This document shows, piece after piece, positions 38,481 through 50,829 of a stretch of 64,000 nt of DNA. This stretch comes from Octopus vulgaris. Taxonomy: Eukaryota. Location of the stretch: contig OX597822.1 of NCBI GenBank assembly GCA_951406725.2, positions 91,760,001 through 91,824,000 on the forward strand. Direction: 5' to 3'. Below the pieces are notes generated by a model. It was not told the origin of the DNA and did no database searches. It worked only from the letters and a program-made list of their open reading frames with translations. The translations under genes and the position numbers were made by a program. Each line of letters opens with the position of its first letter. Within the stretch, counting starts at the first letter, position 1.

Positions 38481-39728
38481 AGCCCATGCCGTCCACCAGC
38501 GCCTCCATTGTCAGACGCTGGACTGACGGTCCGGTCGAGTTGCTTGGGGTCTGGTTTGGTCCAGACCTCCAAATTGAGAAGAACTAGAACGAGATAACAA
38601 GTAGGTTGGTCACTCTCATCCAGCAATGGGCCGAGAGGGAGCTGTCCCTAAAAGGTTGGGCGGAGGTGGTGAACACATACAATACCACCGCAAGTGTTAT
38701 GTTGCTCTCAAGCAACTATGCTTTCCTGGGTCAACCTTGAACGACTTCAACACAGCCAAAGTATTGTATAGGGGATTAGTGGAGGGGAGGTACACCGACG
38801 ATCTCGGGGCAAATCTGGGTGTCGACAAGGAATACCTGACCCGCCTGTTCAAGACAACATTCGGGCCAGGACCTATGGACAACTTCCAGAGATCCCTGGC
38901 CTGGCAGTGCTATCAAGAAGCGCCACCCATTTGGATAAGCTCTACAGGCATGGCTCGAGAAACACCACGGGGTCAACCTGCTCGAGATGCGGTCAGAGCA
39001 ACAAAACCATTCTGCATGCACTCATACAGTGTCCAACCATATCTGACCTGTGGACATATGTCGAACAACTGCTATCAGGACGAGTTGGTTTATCAACCGA
39101 GTCTATCGTGAATATTGTTGCGCCTCCTTCCTTGAAACAGGAAGGAAGAGCCATTTTCATCATACTTGTGGCTATGGTGAAAGAATGTGTATGATGGGCA
39201 CGTCTGAAAGGTCTAGAGACAAACACTTTCCTCTCTGGTCAATCTCTCATCAACTTCTTCAAGTATCACTTGAAGAGGAAGGTAAGAGTAGAGAGGGAAG
39301 TTTTGTCTAGTGAATGTTTCAAAAAAAAGATGGGTGAATGTAGCAAGGATGACATGTGTGAATGACAGAGCCAGCTTGAACATAATCCTATGAACCAAAA
39401 TAAATTAATGAAAAGAAAAAAGAGAGCCACTTACTGTAATGTGATTTTTTTGCATGACGCTATTTATTGCCCAAAGTTCCCGTGGTCTTTTCTGTAGGCT
39501 TTTCTTTCCATGGATAAACCTAATCTGTTTTCTCTTTTTACATTGGCATTTCTGTGATACACGATCCCTATTGATCAGCCCCCACTTATTTTTTTCATGA
39601 TGCCTTTTGGTCGGAATTCAACCCACTTTTTTTCTTTCTTTTTTCTTCTCTTCTTCTTCTCAAAAAGAAAAGCTCTACTTTATATTTTGTCCCTTCTGTG
39701 TTCAGCCCTGCGTGGCCAATAAAGAAAC
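38481..39728 (+). mobile_element. Tx1/L1-like LINE 3' part (RT end and zf-RVT), flanked by (TCTA)n-type repeats
   Basis: WTDGPVELLGVWFGPDL, LSLKG, CSRCGQSNKTILHALIQC, AATAAAGAAA end. Confidence 0.8.
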
Positions 39729-40117
39729 GTATCTATCTACCTACCTACCTACCTACCTATCTATCTATCTCACTCACTGGTTAATATATTACACAGGAGA
39801 AGAATTTTGGACATAATTTATGTAGATTTTGCTTTTTAACTTGATTTAGACTAAAATTGGCATGCTGATTTCAAACTATTTTCTTCTATCACGCCAGGTT
39901 TTTTTTTTCTACAGCTTACACTCTGAATAAGCACAGATGTGTTGTTTGTCTGTAAGTAAATAGGTTTGGCTTTTGATGTTGAATACTGGAAAAAGGATGA
40001 AAAGTCAATACTGCATGTACTTTAATGTGTACTCTAGAGTCACAGCCACTTTTACCACCCTCCCTTTAAATATTATAGATAAAACATTTAAGAATAACAA
40101 AAAGAATGTTAACTCAC

Positions 40118-40225
40118 ACAATGAGAAAAATCTTCAGTTTTGGAATTGTCCTTTATTTTTTCAGCATATTGCACGTACCGCCTAGCAAGTAAATCCATGA
40201 AAATTTCTTTTTTTGTTTGTGAATC
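40118..40225 (-). CDS. Candidate coding exon (DSQTKKEIFMDLLARRYVQYAEKIKDNSKTEDFSHC)
   Basis: Long polypyrimidine tract ttttttcttttgccttttttcag and |GTGAGT donor. 108 nt, symmetric phase 0, open, unique sequence. Confidence 0.7.
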
Positions 40226-40627
40226 CTGAAAAAAGGCAAAAGAAAAAACAATAAATCATTGCTCTAGTTTAATTGATGGAATTCTACACTGAAATAGATC
40301 AAGATCATTGTAAAACATTGTCATATCATGAAGACTAAATATCATGGGATATTGTATACCAATCCATGTTTGTCTAATTCTCTAAAGGATTGGAGACAAA
40401 AGCAAAGAAAATCAAAGAATTCAGTGTAAAATAATCCTGAATAATCCAATAAAAAGGACTGGAGTATCATAAAAACAGTTCAAAATATCTTTTGGCAACC
40501 AATATGGAGGAGCCATCCCCAACTCACATGCACTGACAATGCTGCAGATAAGGTCTATGATCTGTTAGATACAACACATATGTATAAGAACAAAATAAAG
40601 GCAATTCAATTAGTATTGTTTGCAATC

Positions 40628-41048
40628 TCTTACTCTTTTACTCTTTTACTTGTTTCAGTCATGTGACTGTGGCCATGCTGGAGCACCGCCTTTAGTCGAT
40701 CAAATCGACCCCAGGACTTATTCTTTGTAAGCCTAGTACTTATTTTATCAGTCTCTTTTTTGCCGAACCGCTAAGTTACAGGGACGTAAACACACCAGCA
40801 TCGGTTGTCAAGCGATGTTGGGGGGACAAACACAGACACACAAACACGCACATACATATATATATATATATATATACATATATACGACAGGCTTCTTTCA
40901 GTTTCCGTCTACCAAATCCACTCACAAGGCTTTGGTCAGCCCGAGGCTATAGTAGAAGACACTTGCCCAAGGTGCCACGTAGTGGGACTGAACCCGGAAC
41001 CATATGGTTCGTAAGCAAGCTACTTACCACACAGCCACTCCTACGCCT
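40628..41048 (-). mobile_element. SINE family A, full length
   Basis: Matches 1-377. Confidence 0.92.
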
Positions 41049-41999
41049 GGTATTGTTTTTCTTTTTGGAATTTTCACATGTAGCAGGGATTGAAACCAAC
41101 AATGAGTGGAACTTTATACATTTTTAAAAGTTAGTACATGACAAGCCAATGAGGAAGTCACTACATGGTAGCTTAACCTGCTAGAAATAGTAGCTAAGTC
41201 TTCCTCAAATTCCACCATATAGTTTTAAAAGGAAAAAGGTATGTTGGAAAATGAAAGTGTTCATGGATGTATACTGGCTGAAAAAATACAAGATGGTCAT
41301 GACTTGAATGCTTCTTGATTGTTATCAGGTTAAAGGGAATATGTCACTTTAATTTAAAGTCAATAAGATAGAAAATTAATGCAATATCTCTGAGCCCATA
41401 CAGATAGAAAGGTATAATCAACCACAGCAAAATTTTAAGAGAAGATGGAGAGAGGAAGACATGAAGGGAGGGAAGGAGGGAGAGAGAGAGAGAGAGTCTT
41501 TATTCACCATAAGGTTGAGAAAAAGACGAGACAATACGGGGACAGACAAAACAAACGTTGGGGTCAGGGTAGCGAATGAGATGAAACATATGAATAAACA
41601 AACAATTAAAATATATACAATTAAATGAGAATGAGTGATTAACAAAAAATGAAGCGGAGGACACGGTTGACACCACAAACCACATACTCACACTGAAGAC
41701 TTTGCTTTCTCCTTTTTCACATTCTCGATTAAACAGGTTCTTTCACTCGCAACATACTTGCTATATACTTCCATCTTTTACAAAACACACTTTGCGGCAG
41801 GCATTTCTTCTCCAGCCTTATTTTCCGTTTCATGTGGAAAACGAAAAAGTCGATTAGCTCAAGACTGGAGATAGAGAGACAGTGAGCTGGCAGTAATTTG
41901 TTGTCACTGGATATAGTTGCATTTTGGATAGAAAATGTTATTAAAAGTAAAAGTGCAAGTGAGTTGAAAATATGACTGCACTTATATTTTGGTTATATA

Positions 42000-42510
42000 C
42001 ATCATGGGGTGTAGAGGTCACAGAGTGGAGGTAGTATCTTTGACGTCTGGCAGCCGTACCTTGCCAGGGAAGGTCAGGTGGACAGCTATCACTGATCCTC
42101 ATTCAACTCCTCATCTCTCACTTGATGATTCCTAGTTCCACACACCCCAATGCTCCACTCCACTAAGTAGATGAAAGACTCTGGGTAAGGCTTCCCAAGA
42201 AATCACCAGCTAGGGTGGAGGAACCTGCTCAGGTCAATAGCCAAGTGTTTGAGGCCAAGGCATGCTTGTGGTGGAGGTGTATGGTTGTGGTTAACAACTG
42301 AGAAAGGAATAGGCACCACCAAGCTAAGTTGCCCATGATACACACATGATGATGACAACCAGACCAGAGTCCATACCAAATCAGTTGTTGCCTGGATCAA
42401 CATCTAAAAGTGAACAGGCCTCAATTTTACTGACTCACAGATGGCAGCAGAAGGGGTGAAATCTGGCTGCAACATCATCCATGAATGCCCCAATGACCAC
42501 AGAGACAAGG
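42000..42510 (+). mobile_element. Probable old LINE (RTE-like) 5' UTR fragment
   Basis: GC-richer block with a GCCGTACCTTGCCAGGGAAGG..TGGGTAAGGC paired motif. No coding evidence. Confidence 0.3.
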
Positions 42511-42852
42511 GATAGAAAGATAGAACAAGCATTATACTTTTGACATATACAGATCAAATAACATATCTTATGCAAAGAGAATTCTCTTGTTAGTAACAAA
42601 AGAATTCTCTACCAAAAGAAGGATATCTTGACTAAATTAAATAACAAAAATGTCTTTTCTTTCCTATGAATTGGTCTGGGTGAGTCCACAGTCTTTGGCT
42701 AAATGCACACCTAGGTTCCCTCAGATTTCATGTCTTAATATGTTGATTTTTTTCCCCAGTCTCTCAGTTCCATTTGCACACTATTTTCAAATTACATTGC
42801 AGTCCACTTTAATCACAAACTTTTCTGGGGGTTTTCTGAGGGTTGACAGAAT

Positions 42853-43012
42853 TGGGTTCAAATTCCGTCGAGGTTGACTTTGCCTTTCATCCTTTCGGGG
42901 TCGATAAATTAAGTACCAGTTACGCACTGGAGTCGATGTAATCGACTTAATCTCTTTGTCTGTCCTTGTTTGTCCCCTCTATGTTTAGCCCCTTGTGGGT
43001 AGTAAAGAAATA
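42853..43012 (+). mobile_element. 5'-truncated SINE family B
   Basis: Starts at the B box and matches ~1983-2141. Confidence 0.88.
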
Positions 43013-43105
43013 TATTACAATAATGAATGAATGATCGCTGATTCAACATGAAATATTATTGCTGCAAAAACAGTAGTATCTTTATTTTTTTACTATTCAT
43101 TACAA

Positions 43106-43320
43106 ACTCTCTCTTTTTACTCTTTTACTTGTTTCAGTCATTTGACTGTGGCCATGCTGGAGCACCGCCTTTAGTCGAGCAAATCGACCCCGGGACTTAT
43201 TCTTTGTAAGCCCAGTACTTATTCTATCGGTCTCTTTTGCCGAACCGCTAAGTGATGGGGACGTAAACACACCAGCATCGGTTGTCAAGCAATGCTAGGG
43301 GGACAAACACAGACACACAA

Positions 43321-43351
<31 letters not shown>

Positions 43352-43431
43352 CATATATACGACAGGCTTCTTTCAGTTTCCGTCTACCAAATCCACTCAC
43401 AAGGCATTGGTCGGCCTGGGGCTATAGCAGA
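43106..43431 (-). mobile_element. 5'-truncated SINE family A
   Basis: Matches 1-290. Confidence 0.9.
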
Positions 43432-43504
43432 CAAACTTTAATTTTTGATAACATTTTTTAAATGTTTGTTTAAATAAACCCATACCAAGAAAAAGTTAAC
43501 TCAC

Positions 43505-43523
43505 ATGAAGAATTGGGAGCCAT
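43505..43523 (-). CDS. Candidate 19-nt microexon (xWLPILH)
   Basis: ctcttttccaatattcag acceptor and |GTGAGT donor. Phase 2 to phase 0 links the flanking candidate exons. Confidence 0.4.
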
Positions 43524-43549
43524 CTGAATATTGGAAAAGAGTTTCCAGT

Positions 43550-43720
43550 AATCCTTTCCATAGGCACAATGCCTGAAATTTTGGGGGAGGGTACTTAATT
43601 CATGAACCCCAAAAGGATAAAAGGAAAGTTGACCTCAGCAGAATTTGAACTTAGAATGTGAATACATGAAATACCTCAAAACATTTTGTCTGGAGTACTA
43701 ACAACTCTGCCAGCTTTCCA
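43550..43720 (-). mobile_element. Degenerate SINE family B variant
   Basis: Matches 6851-7066 with deletions. Confidence 0.6.
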
Positions 43721-43800
43721 CTCCAAGAGTAATAATAATTATGATGATCATTTCTACTATAATGAGTAAATATTACTCATTGTGCCCCACTTACCCTTAC

Positions 43801-43911
43801 TGGAAACTGGAAAAGCAAGACTTTCGGAAGTAGCTGTTTGAATTTTCTCCTTTTTGTTGGAATTTCCTCCACTTTATCTTTTTTTGTGCCTTGCAAAACA
43901 ATGAAGGGAAG
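43801..43911 (-). CDS. Candidate coding exon (alternative boundaries 43795-43889)
   Basis: Tandem donors |GTAAGG and |GTAAGT. Two open frames: FPSLFCKAQKKIKWRKFQQ.. or GTKKDKVEEIPTKRRKFKQLLPK.. Confidence 0.5.
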
Positions 43912-44103
43912 CTGTTTTTAAAGAATTTTTAAAATCCATGTCTTTTAAATTTTGGTATCTCCACCCCACTCCTCACACACACACACACACACTCATTATG
44001 CCTTTGGAACAGTAACAACCACAAAAATGATTTTTTTTTTTTTATAATTTTCTGTCTACATTCTGAAACATTTACAACTCACATTAAAAGAAAAAGATCT
44101 TAC

Positions 44104-44203
44104 TTGCCTCTTCCCTCCTTCATTGTACTTTTCACAATGAAGGAAAAGTCAAACACCTCAAGTGGATGTGTGAAAAACGAAATTCGAAATTTGAAAAGAA
44201 TAT
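44104..44203 (-). CDS. Candidate exon (ILFKFRISFFTHPLEVFDFSFIVKSTMKEGRG)
   Basis: tag acceptor (weak). Donor CAA|GTAAGA or overlapping GAG|GCAAGT. One open frame, phase-compatible with the next candidate exon. Confidence 0.4.
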
Positions 44204-44374
44204 CTATAATGCAACATATTCAGTCATTTATTAAAACTTTCTCTGCTAACTCATCAAATTCAGTTACATGAAATAGATGGATCTTGAGATTTAAATTTGG
44301 TAATTTTCTAAGATTTTAATTCTTGTGTATAAGGGACCCACTGAACTTGAAATGCCCAGGACCTCAAATGATTT

Positions 44375-45000
44375 AAATCTGGTCCTGCCAACAACAACTC
44401 CTCACTTTTGAGGGTTTGAGAGAGTGAGATTTTGCTTCCTCCTCTGTTCTGTAACCTCCATCTTCCTGTAACACCTTCCTCTTTGTATGTATTCTTTTAG
44501 GTTCCAAATGGAACCTACAGCTTTTTAGATTTGTGCCTTGGTGGCTCTTTCCACCCTCCTCGACTTTAATCAACTCATGTGGCATGTCTCTATGCCACGT
44601 ACTGTGCTTTGGATAGAGTTGATGAGGGTGTTTAGTTTGACAGCCAACCCATCTCACTCAACCAGCATTTCTGACTTTGTTTGCAGAGAATCTTCTTATT
44701 CTCTGAAGAGAGGACTTTGTGGCAGTAGCAAAAAAATGTCTAGTGATATTTCAAGCTGTTGCACCGGCTTCCTGCTCATTTCCTTTATCTTCATCACTGC
44801 TATCATTGTTGTTGCTGTTGTTGTTGCTGTTATTGTTGTTGCTGCTGTTCCTGTTATTGTTGTTTGTTCTTGGATTGACACCACCTGTCGATTCACTCAC
44901 AAAAAGGGCTTTCATTGTTTACACTCTCATAAGTGACATCTGGTTCTCTCTCTTTTTGTAGTGCTTGCAAAATAATGTTGCTGCTGTGATGGGGCCATTA
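44375..45000 (-). mobile_element. Possible non-LTR retrotransposon N-terminal fragment with (AAC)n insert
   Basis: Coding-like composition with stops. Family not identified. Confidence 0.3.
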
Positions 45001-45231
45001 TTTTTTGAAAGATCCCTCAAAGGTTCTCAATTGGCCCTGTTGTCATTTTATCTTTATTTTTCAATAAAAACAGATTTGCTGTCAGTTTTTTTTTTGAGAT
45101 AGGGCAACACTCGCACCCTCTCTTACTCTCATTTGGTGATGCTCCTCACTTTCTCCCCCTCTCTCACATATGAGCATCAGTGCATTCAGTTTAGTTTTCT
45201 CCATTTCGAGAAAAAAATGAAAACAATTTAA

Positions 45232-47030
45232 TTGACTTGTACCCCAAAACTGGGGGACAAAACAGGAAAAGAAACTCACCAGCAATCCAAAACAATGACC
45301 AAATTGAAGGCACTCATTTACCAACACCGGAATGACTTAACAGCAAAGGAATGTGACTACATAACAAACTTTAATTGCAAAACCAGCATGCTCTACAGGC
45401 TTCCAAAAATACATAAGAGTGAAATTATCACAGAAGGTTGCAAAAAGTCCACTTCAACCTGCATCACTATACCACATCCCACTGATCTCAAACTGAGACC
45501 AATAGTGGCAGGCCCAAGCTGTGAAACACACAGACTTAGCAACTTTATCAATATCATCCTAAAACCAATACTGAAACACATTCCAAGTATTGTAAGAGAT
45601 GACCTGGACCTTTTAAATCATCTCCCCAAACATACCGATAAGGACACTTTAATCGTCTCCTTTGATGTAATAAACCTCTACACTATGATCCCACATGAAT
45701 ATGGACGGGAAGCCATTAAATTCTGGCTGGATAAGTATCCCAATGAGATCCCGGAAAGAATAAAAAAAGAATTCATCATTGAGGGCCTCAAATTTATTCT
45801 GCAAAACAACTTTATGAATTTTAATAATATCACTTACAGACAGGTTTCAGGAACTGCAATGGGTACGAAAGTTGCCCCTACCTATGCAAATCTGGTGATG
45901 GCCTACCTGGAATCACATATTTATGAAAAATCCAAATATAAGTATGGCCAGTCTTTCCACAAATACCTGTTGGAGAACTGGAAACGCTACTTAGATGATT
46001 GCCTCATCCTATGGTCCCACACACTCGACCAACTTATTGACTTCAAAAACCTTATCAACAGTGTAAATAACCACATCCAATTCACAATGGAATATAGTCA
46101 GGACCAACTCCCTTTTCTTGACATTCTAATCATCAAAAAAGGCATCAACATTGAAACTGACATCCATTACAAACCCACTGATTCTAAATAATACCTTCTA
46201 TTCACCTTCAATCACCCAAAGCACACAAAGACAAATATCCCCTTCAACCTAGCGAGAAGAATCTGTATAATTGTCTCAAATGACACAACACGAAATAGAA
46301 GACTCCGAGAACTAAGGGCAATTCTTCTCGAAAGACATTACCCAGCATCACTAGTGGACAACGGAATAGAACAGGCCAAATCAATTAACACTCAAGACTT
46401 ACGAAAACCAAAACACATCCACAGTACAGTAAATAGCCTCCCCTATCTCTCAACACACAACCTAAGAAATGCAGAAGCTTACACTATTATATACAACATT
46501 CCACAGCTAAATCAAGACCCACGCCTAAAAAAATTACTCGCAGCTCATAAAATAATAAAAGTAAGTGACAACCTAAATCCCTAAAAAACCTACTCATCAA
46601 TGCAAAATTACACAACACAAACCCACCACCCACCGTCAAAAAAAATGTGGTCGTTCCAACTGCAGGACTTGCATCCACTTCATTGGGGGATCAACGTACA
46701 AGTTCCAGTCAGGACACACCTTTATCATAAAAAATAATTTCACCTGCGCATCAAAAAAATTTACTCTATGTCATAAGGTGTGAAGGGTGCCACAAAGACT
46801 ACATAGGGCAAACGAGCCTTACCCTCAGAGAAAGTATGACAGTTCACTGCCAACAACTGAGGGACCCCACCACAAGACAGATACCACTTAGTGGACACTT
46901 AGACCTCTGTGCACACAATAAGTCCCCCAAATTCTTAGTTTCCCCACAATACCAATGCCCGGACAACACCACAGACCAAACATGAATAAATAGGGAAAAT
47001 AATCTTATTCAAAAATACAGACCACAACTA
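45232..47030 (+). mobile_element. Penelope-like element, Neptune-type (RT and GIY-YIG), lightly decayed
   Basis: ORF 45232-46191: LPKIHK, LRPIV, SFDVINLYT, GTAMGT, RYLDD, LPFLD. Linker CGRSNCRTC. Endonuclease YVIRCEGCHKDYIGQT. Confidence 0.92.
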
Positions 47031-47567
47031 AACATACTCTAATATACCCCCCAGGCACACATCCAAAACAAACACACAAAGACACACACACTGGCACCAT
47101 ATATACGCACACACACAAACACATACTCAATACCAACACACACATGCCACCCAGACAAACCCAACACACATGGACACACATACGAACAAACACATACACA
47201 CTAACGCACACGCAACACACTAACAAACATTAACCACACACATACAAACGGGCACACATATACACACACCATCCTACCAGATTTTACAAACACACAGACA
47301 CATCTATTCACACCACATATGTATACACACACACACACTCGAACCATCCTGACCTCTAAAGCCAATCCCCCAAATCACTGATGCATGAAGGAGAGACAAA
47401 AAGGTGAAATTCTTTTCAGTTCCACATTACTCTTCCTTCCCCCCACCCAAACTCACCTACGGTGTCCCTTGAAATAGATAATTCCACTCGTGTGGTACCC
47501 TTCAACTCCACTTTGTTATATATATATATATATTTATACATATATATATTTATATATATATATATTT

Positions 47568-47620
<53 letters not shown>

Positions 47621-47622
<2 letters not shown>

Positions 47623-48360
47623 TATAAGAGGGATCAGAACGATCACACTGATGAATTGTGGACATTTATCTAAGTATAACGTAAGTGGTAACAATGAAAC
47701 CGGGTTTGTGATTAATCTTTATATTTTGTATTTTTTCATTTGTCTTACTCACTTATGTTCTGGCGTTTGCTGAATTTTCTTGAGAACAATCTTTTCTTAG
47801 TGGTCAGACCATATGGGATCTACCTCTAGCACAATGGATGTCCTCTTAGTGGTCATCCCTCTTATATGTATGAAATATAATTTTTCTGCATCTTCAGATT
47901 TTTCAATATGCTAGGCCACTGGTTTTAAATTGATATTAATCAAATTAATATTCAATTTTTCACCCTTATTATTTAAATTTAAATAACCATGTTCTCTAAC
48001 CGGTAAAATTCACTGCAGAGAATTATTTTCCGAAGAATCATTTCTGGTATTTTGGCGCACCAAAACGAAGACTTTTGAGATATAACCCCAAATGTAATGG
48101 GTAGAACTATATGCATGTTCAATCTCATGTGGACATTTCATGTATAGTTCAGCAAATTATATTTTGCTATGATGATCATACTGATGAATTGCGGATATTT
48201 ACGTAAGTATTACGTTTACATGTTTATATGTATGTAATATGTTTATATGTATGTAATATAATTTTTCTGAATCTTCAGATTTTTCAATATGCTAGGCCAC
48301 TGGTTTTAAATTGATATTAATCAAATTAATATTCAATTTTTCACCATTATTATTTAAATT
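47621..48360 (+). mobile_element. Penelope pLTR-like repeat with partial tandem duplication; inverted copy at ~63225-63400
   Basis: Hammerhead at 47642 and a partial one at ~48173. 47865-47980 is repeated at 48248-48360. CATATAAGAGGGAT and ATCCCTCTTATATG form an inverted repeat. Confidence 0.65.
47642..47712 (+). ncRNA. Type I hammerhead ribozyme with extended stem II
   Basis: atcaca CTGATGA attgt..acaat GAAA ccggg TT tgtgat. Perfect 6-bp stem I and 5-bp stem II base. Confidence 0.75.
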
Positions 48361-48404
48361 TATATATATATATATATATATGTATTATATATATATTTAT
48401 ATTC

Positions 48405-48660
48405 TTATCTGCTTCCCTTCTGGCAGTCAGATATAATTCCCTGCTACCTCCATCCTTCCAGTCCTTCAATGCCTGTTTCTTTTCTCTTATAGCCCTGTTA
48501 ACAACATTGTTCCACCACCATGTTACCTTGGGTCAAGAGGGGACTTTGCACCATCTACAGATCTGGTCAGTGGCCCTCAGCAGGTTGTCCAGTAGAAACC
48601 TCCAGTTGTCTTCCACATCATGTAATGCTATTTTGTGAAAGGCTTTTATTTTATCAAAGG
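48405..48660 (-). mobile_element. RTE fragment (APE-RT linker)
   Basis: VEDNWRFLLDNLLRATDQICRWCKVPS*PKVTWWWN. Confidence 0.75.
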
Positions 48661-48674
48661 CTTTGAGTAATACA

Positions 48675-48749
<75 letters not shown>

Positions 48750-48751
<2 letters not shown>

Positions 48752-49039
48752 TAGATTCAGATGAATATGGTGCTCAAGTTGAGGCACCAAAATTTAGTAC
48801 GGTATTATCCATGCAATTTCAAAGTAAGGTGATTAAAATCAAAATAAGCAACAATATGCAGTACAATTGTTTGATGTGACTCCATTTAGTTGAACAATGC
48901 AATAATTTCATTACATCAATTTAAAATGTAGAGCAATCTTTAGCTGCACAAAGACATAGAATTTAATTAAATTAAAAGGACACATCAGTATAATATATAT
49001 ATGTGTGTGTGTGTGTCTGTGTGTGTGTGTGTGTGTGCA

Positions 49040-49089
<50 letters not shown>

Positions 49090-49380
49090 CATTATATATA
49101 TAGGTTTGGTTGACGAGTTAAGCAAAATAATTGAGATTCAGATGAATCAGGTTCGGAAGTTGAGGCACCAAAAATTAGGGTGGAGTTAGCCGTACAGTTT
49201 CAAATAAGGTGAATAAAATCAAAATAAGCAACAGGATATCCGGAGGTAATGCAGTACGATCGTTTCAAGTGACTCCATTTAATTGAACAATGCAATCATT
49301 ACATCAATTTAAATGCACGTCTATATCAGCTGCATAAATAAATAAATAGAATTTATTTAATCAGTCGGACACATTTATAT
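48750..49380 (-). mobile_element. Two tandem pLTR-like units, each with a degenerate hammerhead
   Basis: Units at ~48750-48990 and ~49120-49380. Minus strand tgcag CT(A/G)A(A/T).. long stem II ..GAAA cgatcg TA ctgca (49249-49335, and a more diverged copy at 48856-48948). Confidence 0.65.
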
Positions 49381-50029
49381 AATTTTACTTAAATCTTCTA
49401 AGAGAGTAAGAAGAGAGACAAAGTCCATGCTGTATCTCTTCAGCTTAGAAGCTACTAAGATTTCAGGAAAAGAACTTGTTAGAAATCTAGCATGTCACTG
49501 ATTTTGGGGTAGGTTTTAATTTATAGTCTTGCTTATCAAATCTTTGTATATCAAAATCTAAGGCCAAAGAGCATTGTTTGTTAGGAAAATGCCTGAGGAG
49601 TTGACGGAATCATAGTGGGTATAGTCATAAAACTTGTCAAGATTAGTTTGAAGTAGTTATAAAGTAACTGTCTATAATGAGGTTTGGTAAAAGAAGAACT
49701 TAAATCAAGATGTTAGTGATCCATTAAAGAGGCACTCTAATAAAACCAGTGATGATAATAAGGGGAAATGTTATCATGGTGTACTATAGTTGAATGATTT
49801 AAACAATATTGTTATATTGTATAAAGATAAAATTTAGGGTTATCAAGAAAAATATTAAGAAGAATATCCTAATCAAAAGGATAAAATCTTGAATACTTTT
49901 GAGTATATACCAAAATTTACAATAGGGGGAGAAAAGAAATTACATATAATTAGTTTAATATTTATTCATATACTTAAATATTTACTTATCAGATGGTATT
50001 TATGAAGATTGATCACTGACGTTTACTGG

Positions 50030-50640
50030 CATTTAATAAAGGAGTACTGGGGTGATAGAACATGCTAACTATATATTAATTATAATCTAAGAGGTATATT
50101 ATAAGTTGTAAAGCTTCCGGTGTTGTTATATATAAGCTAATATAAATATCTAGGAGTACAAAAATTATGTTTAATTTCATAAAGGCTATTATAAAATAAT
50201 AATATGATCAGGTAGTGTAAAACACCATAGAAGGGAATAAATAGCTTAATCACTAAAACCATGATGAAGCATATATTATTATCGCCAATAGAAAAGAGAA
50301 GATTATATAGAAATTTTTTATTAATTCAATCATTTAAAACTAAATTATCTATTTATTAGGTGATATCTGTAAAGACTGATAGCTGGTATTAACTAGAGGA
50401 ATACTGAGGCCATAGAACATGTAAACTATATATTAATTATAAACTAAGAGGTAAAATATAAGTTACCAGTATTAATCTAGACATGATAATATAGCTTCAT
50501 TTGGGGTACTTAATTAGGAGGACTACTTACATAAAGAACTTTATAAAAATAAATAATATGATCAGAGTGGTAGAACACTATAGAAAAAGATAAAAAGATT
50601 AATTACAAAAACCATGATGAAGTTAGGCTAATTAGGCATG
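50030..50640. repeat. Diverged ~355-bp tandem duplication
   Basis: TAGAACATG.AACTATATATTAATTATAA at ~50056 and ~50413. AAACCATGATGAAG at ~50256 and ~50608. Confidence 0.75.
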
Positions 50641-50829
50641 AATATTTACAGGATAATATACTAACTACATACACACTCTAACTTACTATACTATATAGCT
50701 TATATTATATGCAAAGTACTTTAATTCCTCATGTAACTGAATATCACATAAATTTATTATATATATATATATATTTAAAAGATGAGACTATTCAGATCTA
50801 CCACTAAAATATTAAAAGTAAGGTTCCAT

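Noticed and set aside
41410-41995. CpG-containing block possibly a promoter
   Set aside because: No supportable promoter elements. More likely an unclassified DNA-transposon remnant.
45232-46191. Telomerase or domesticated RT gene
   Set aside because: It is followed by an in-frame stop and a frameshifted GIY-YIG domain, so it is an ordinary decayed Penelope-like element.
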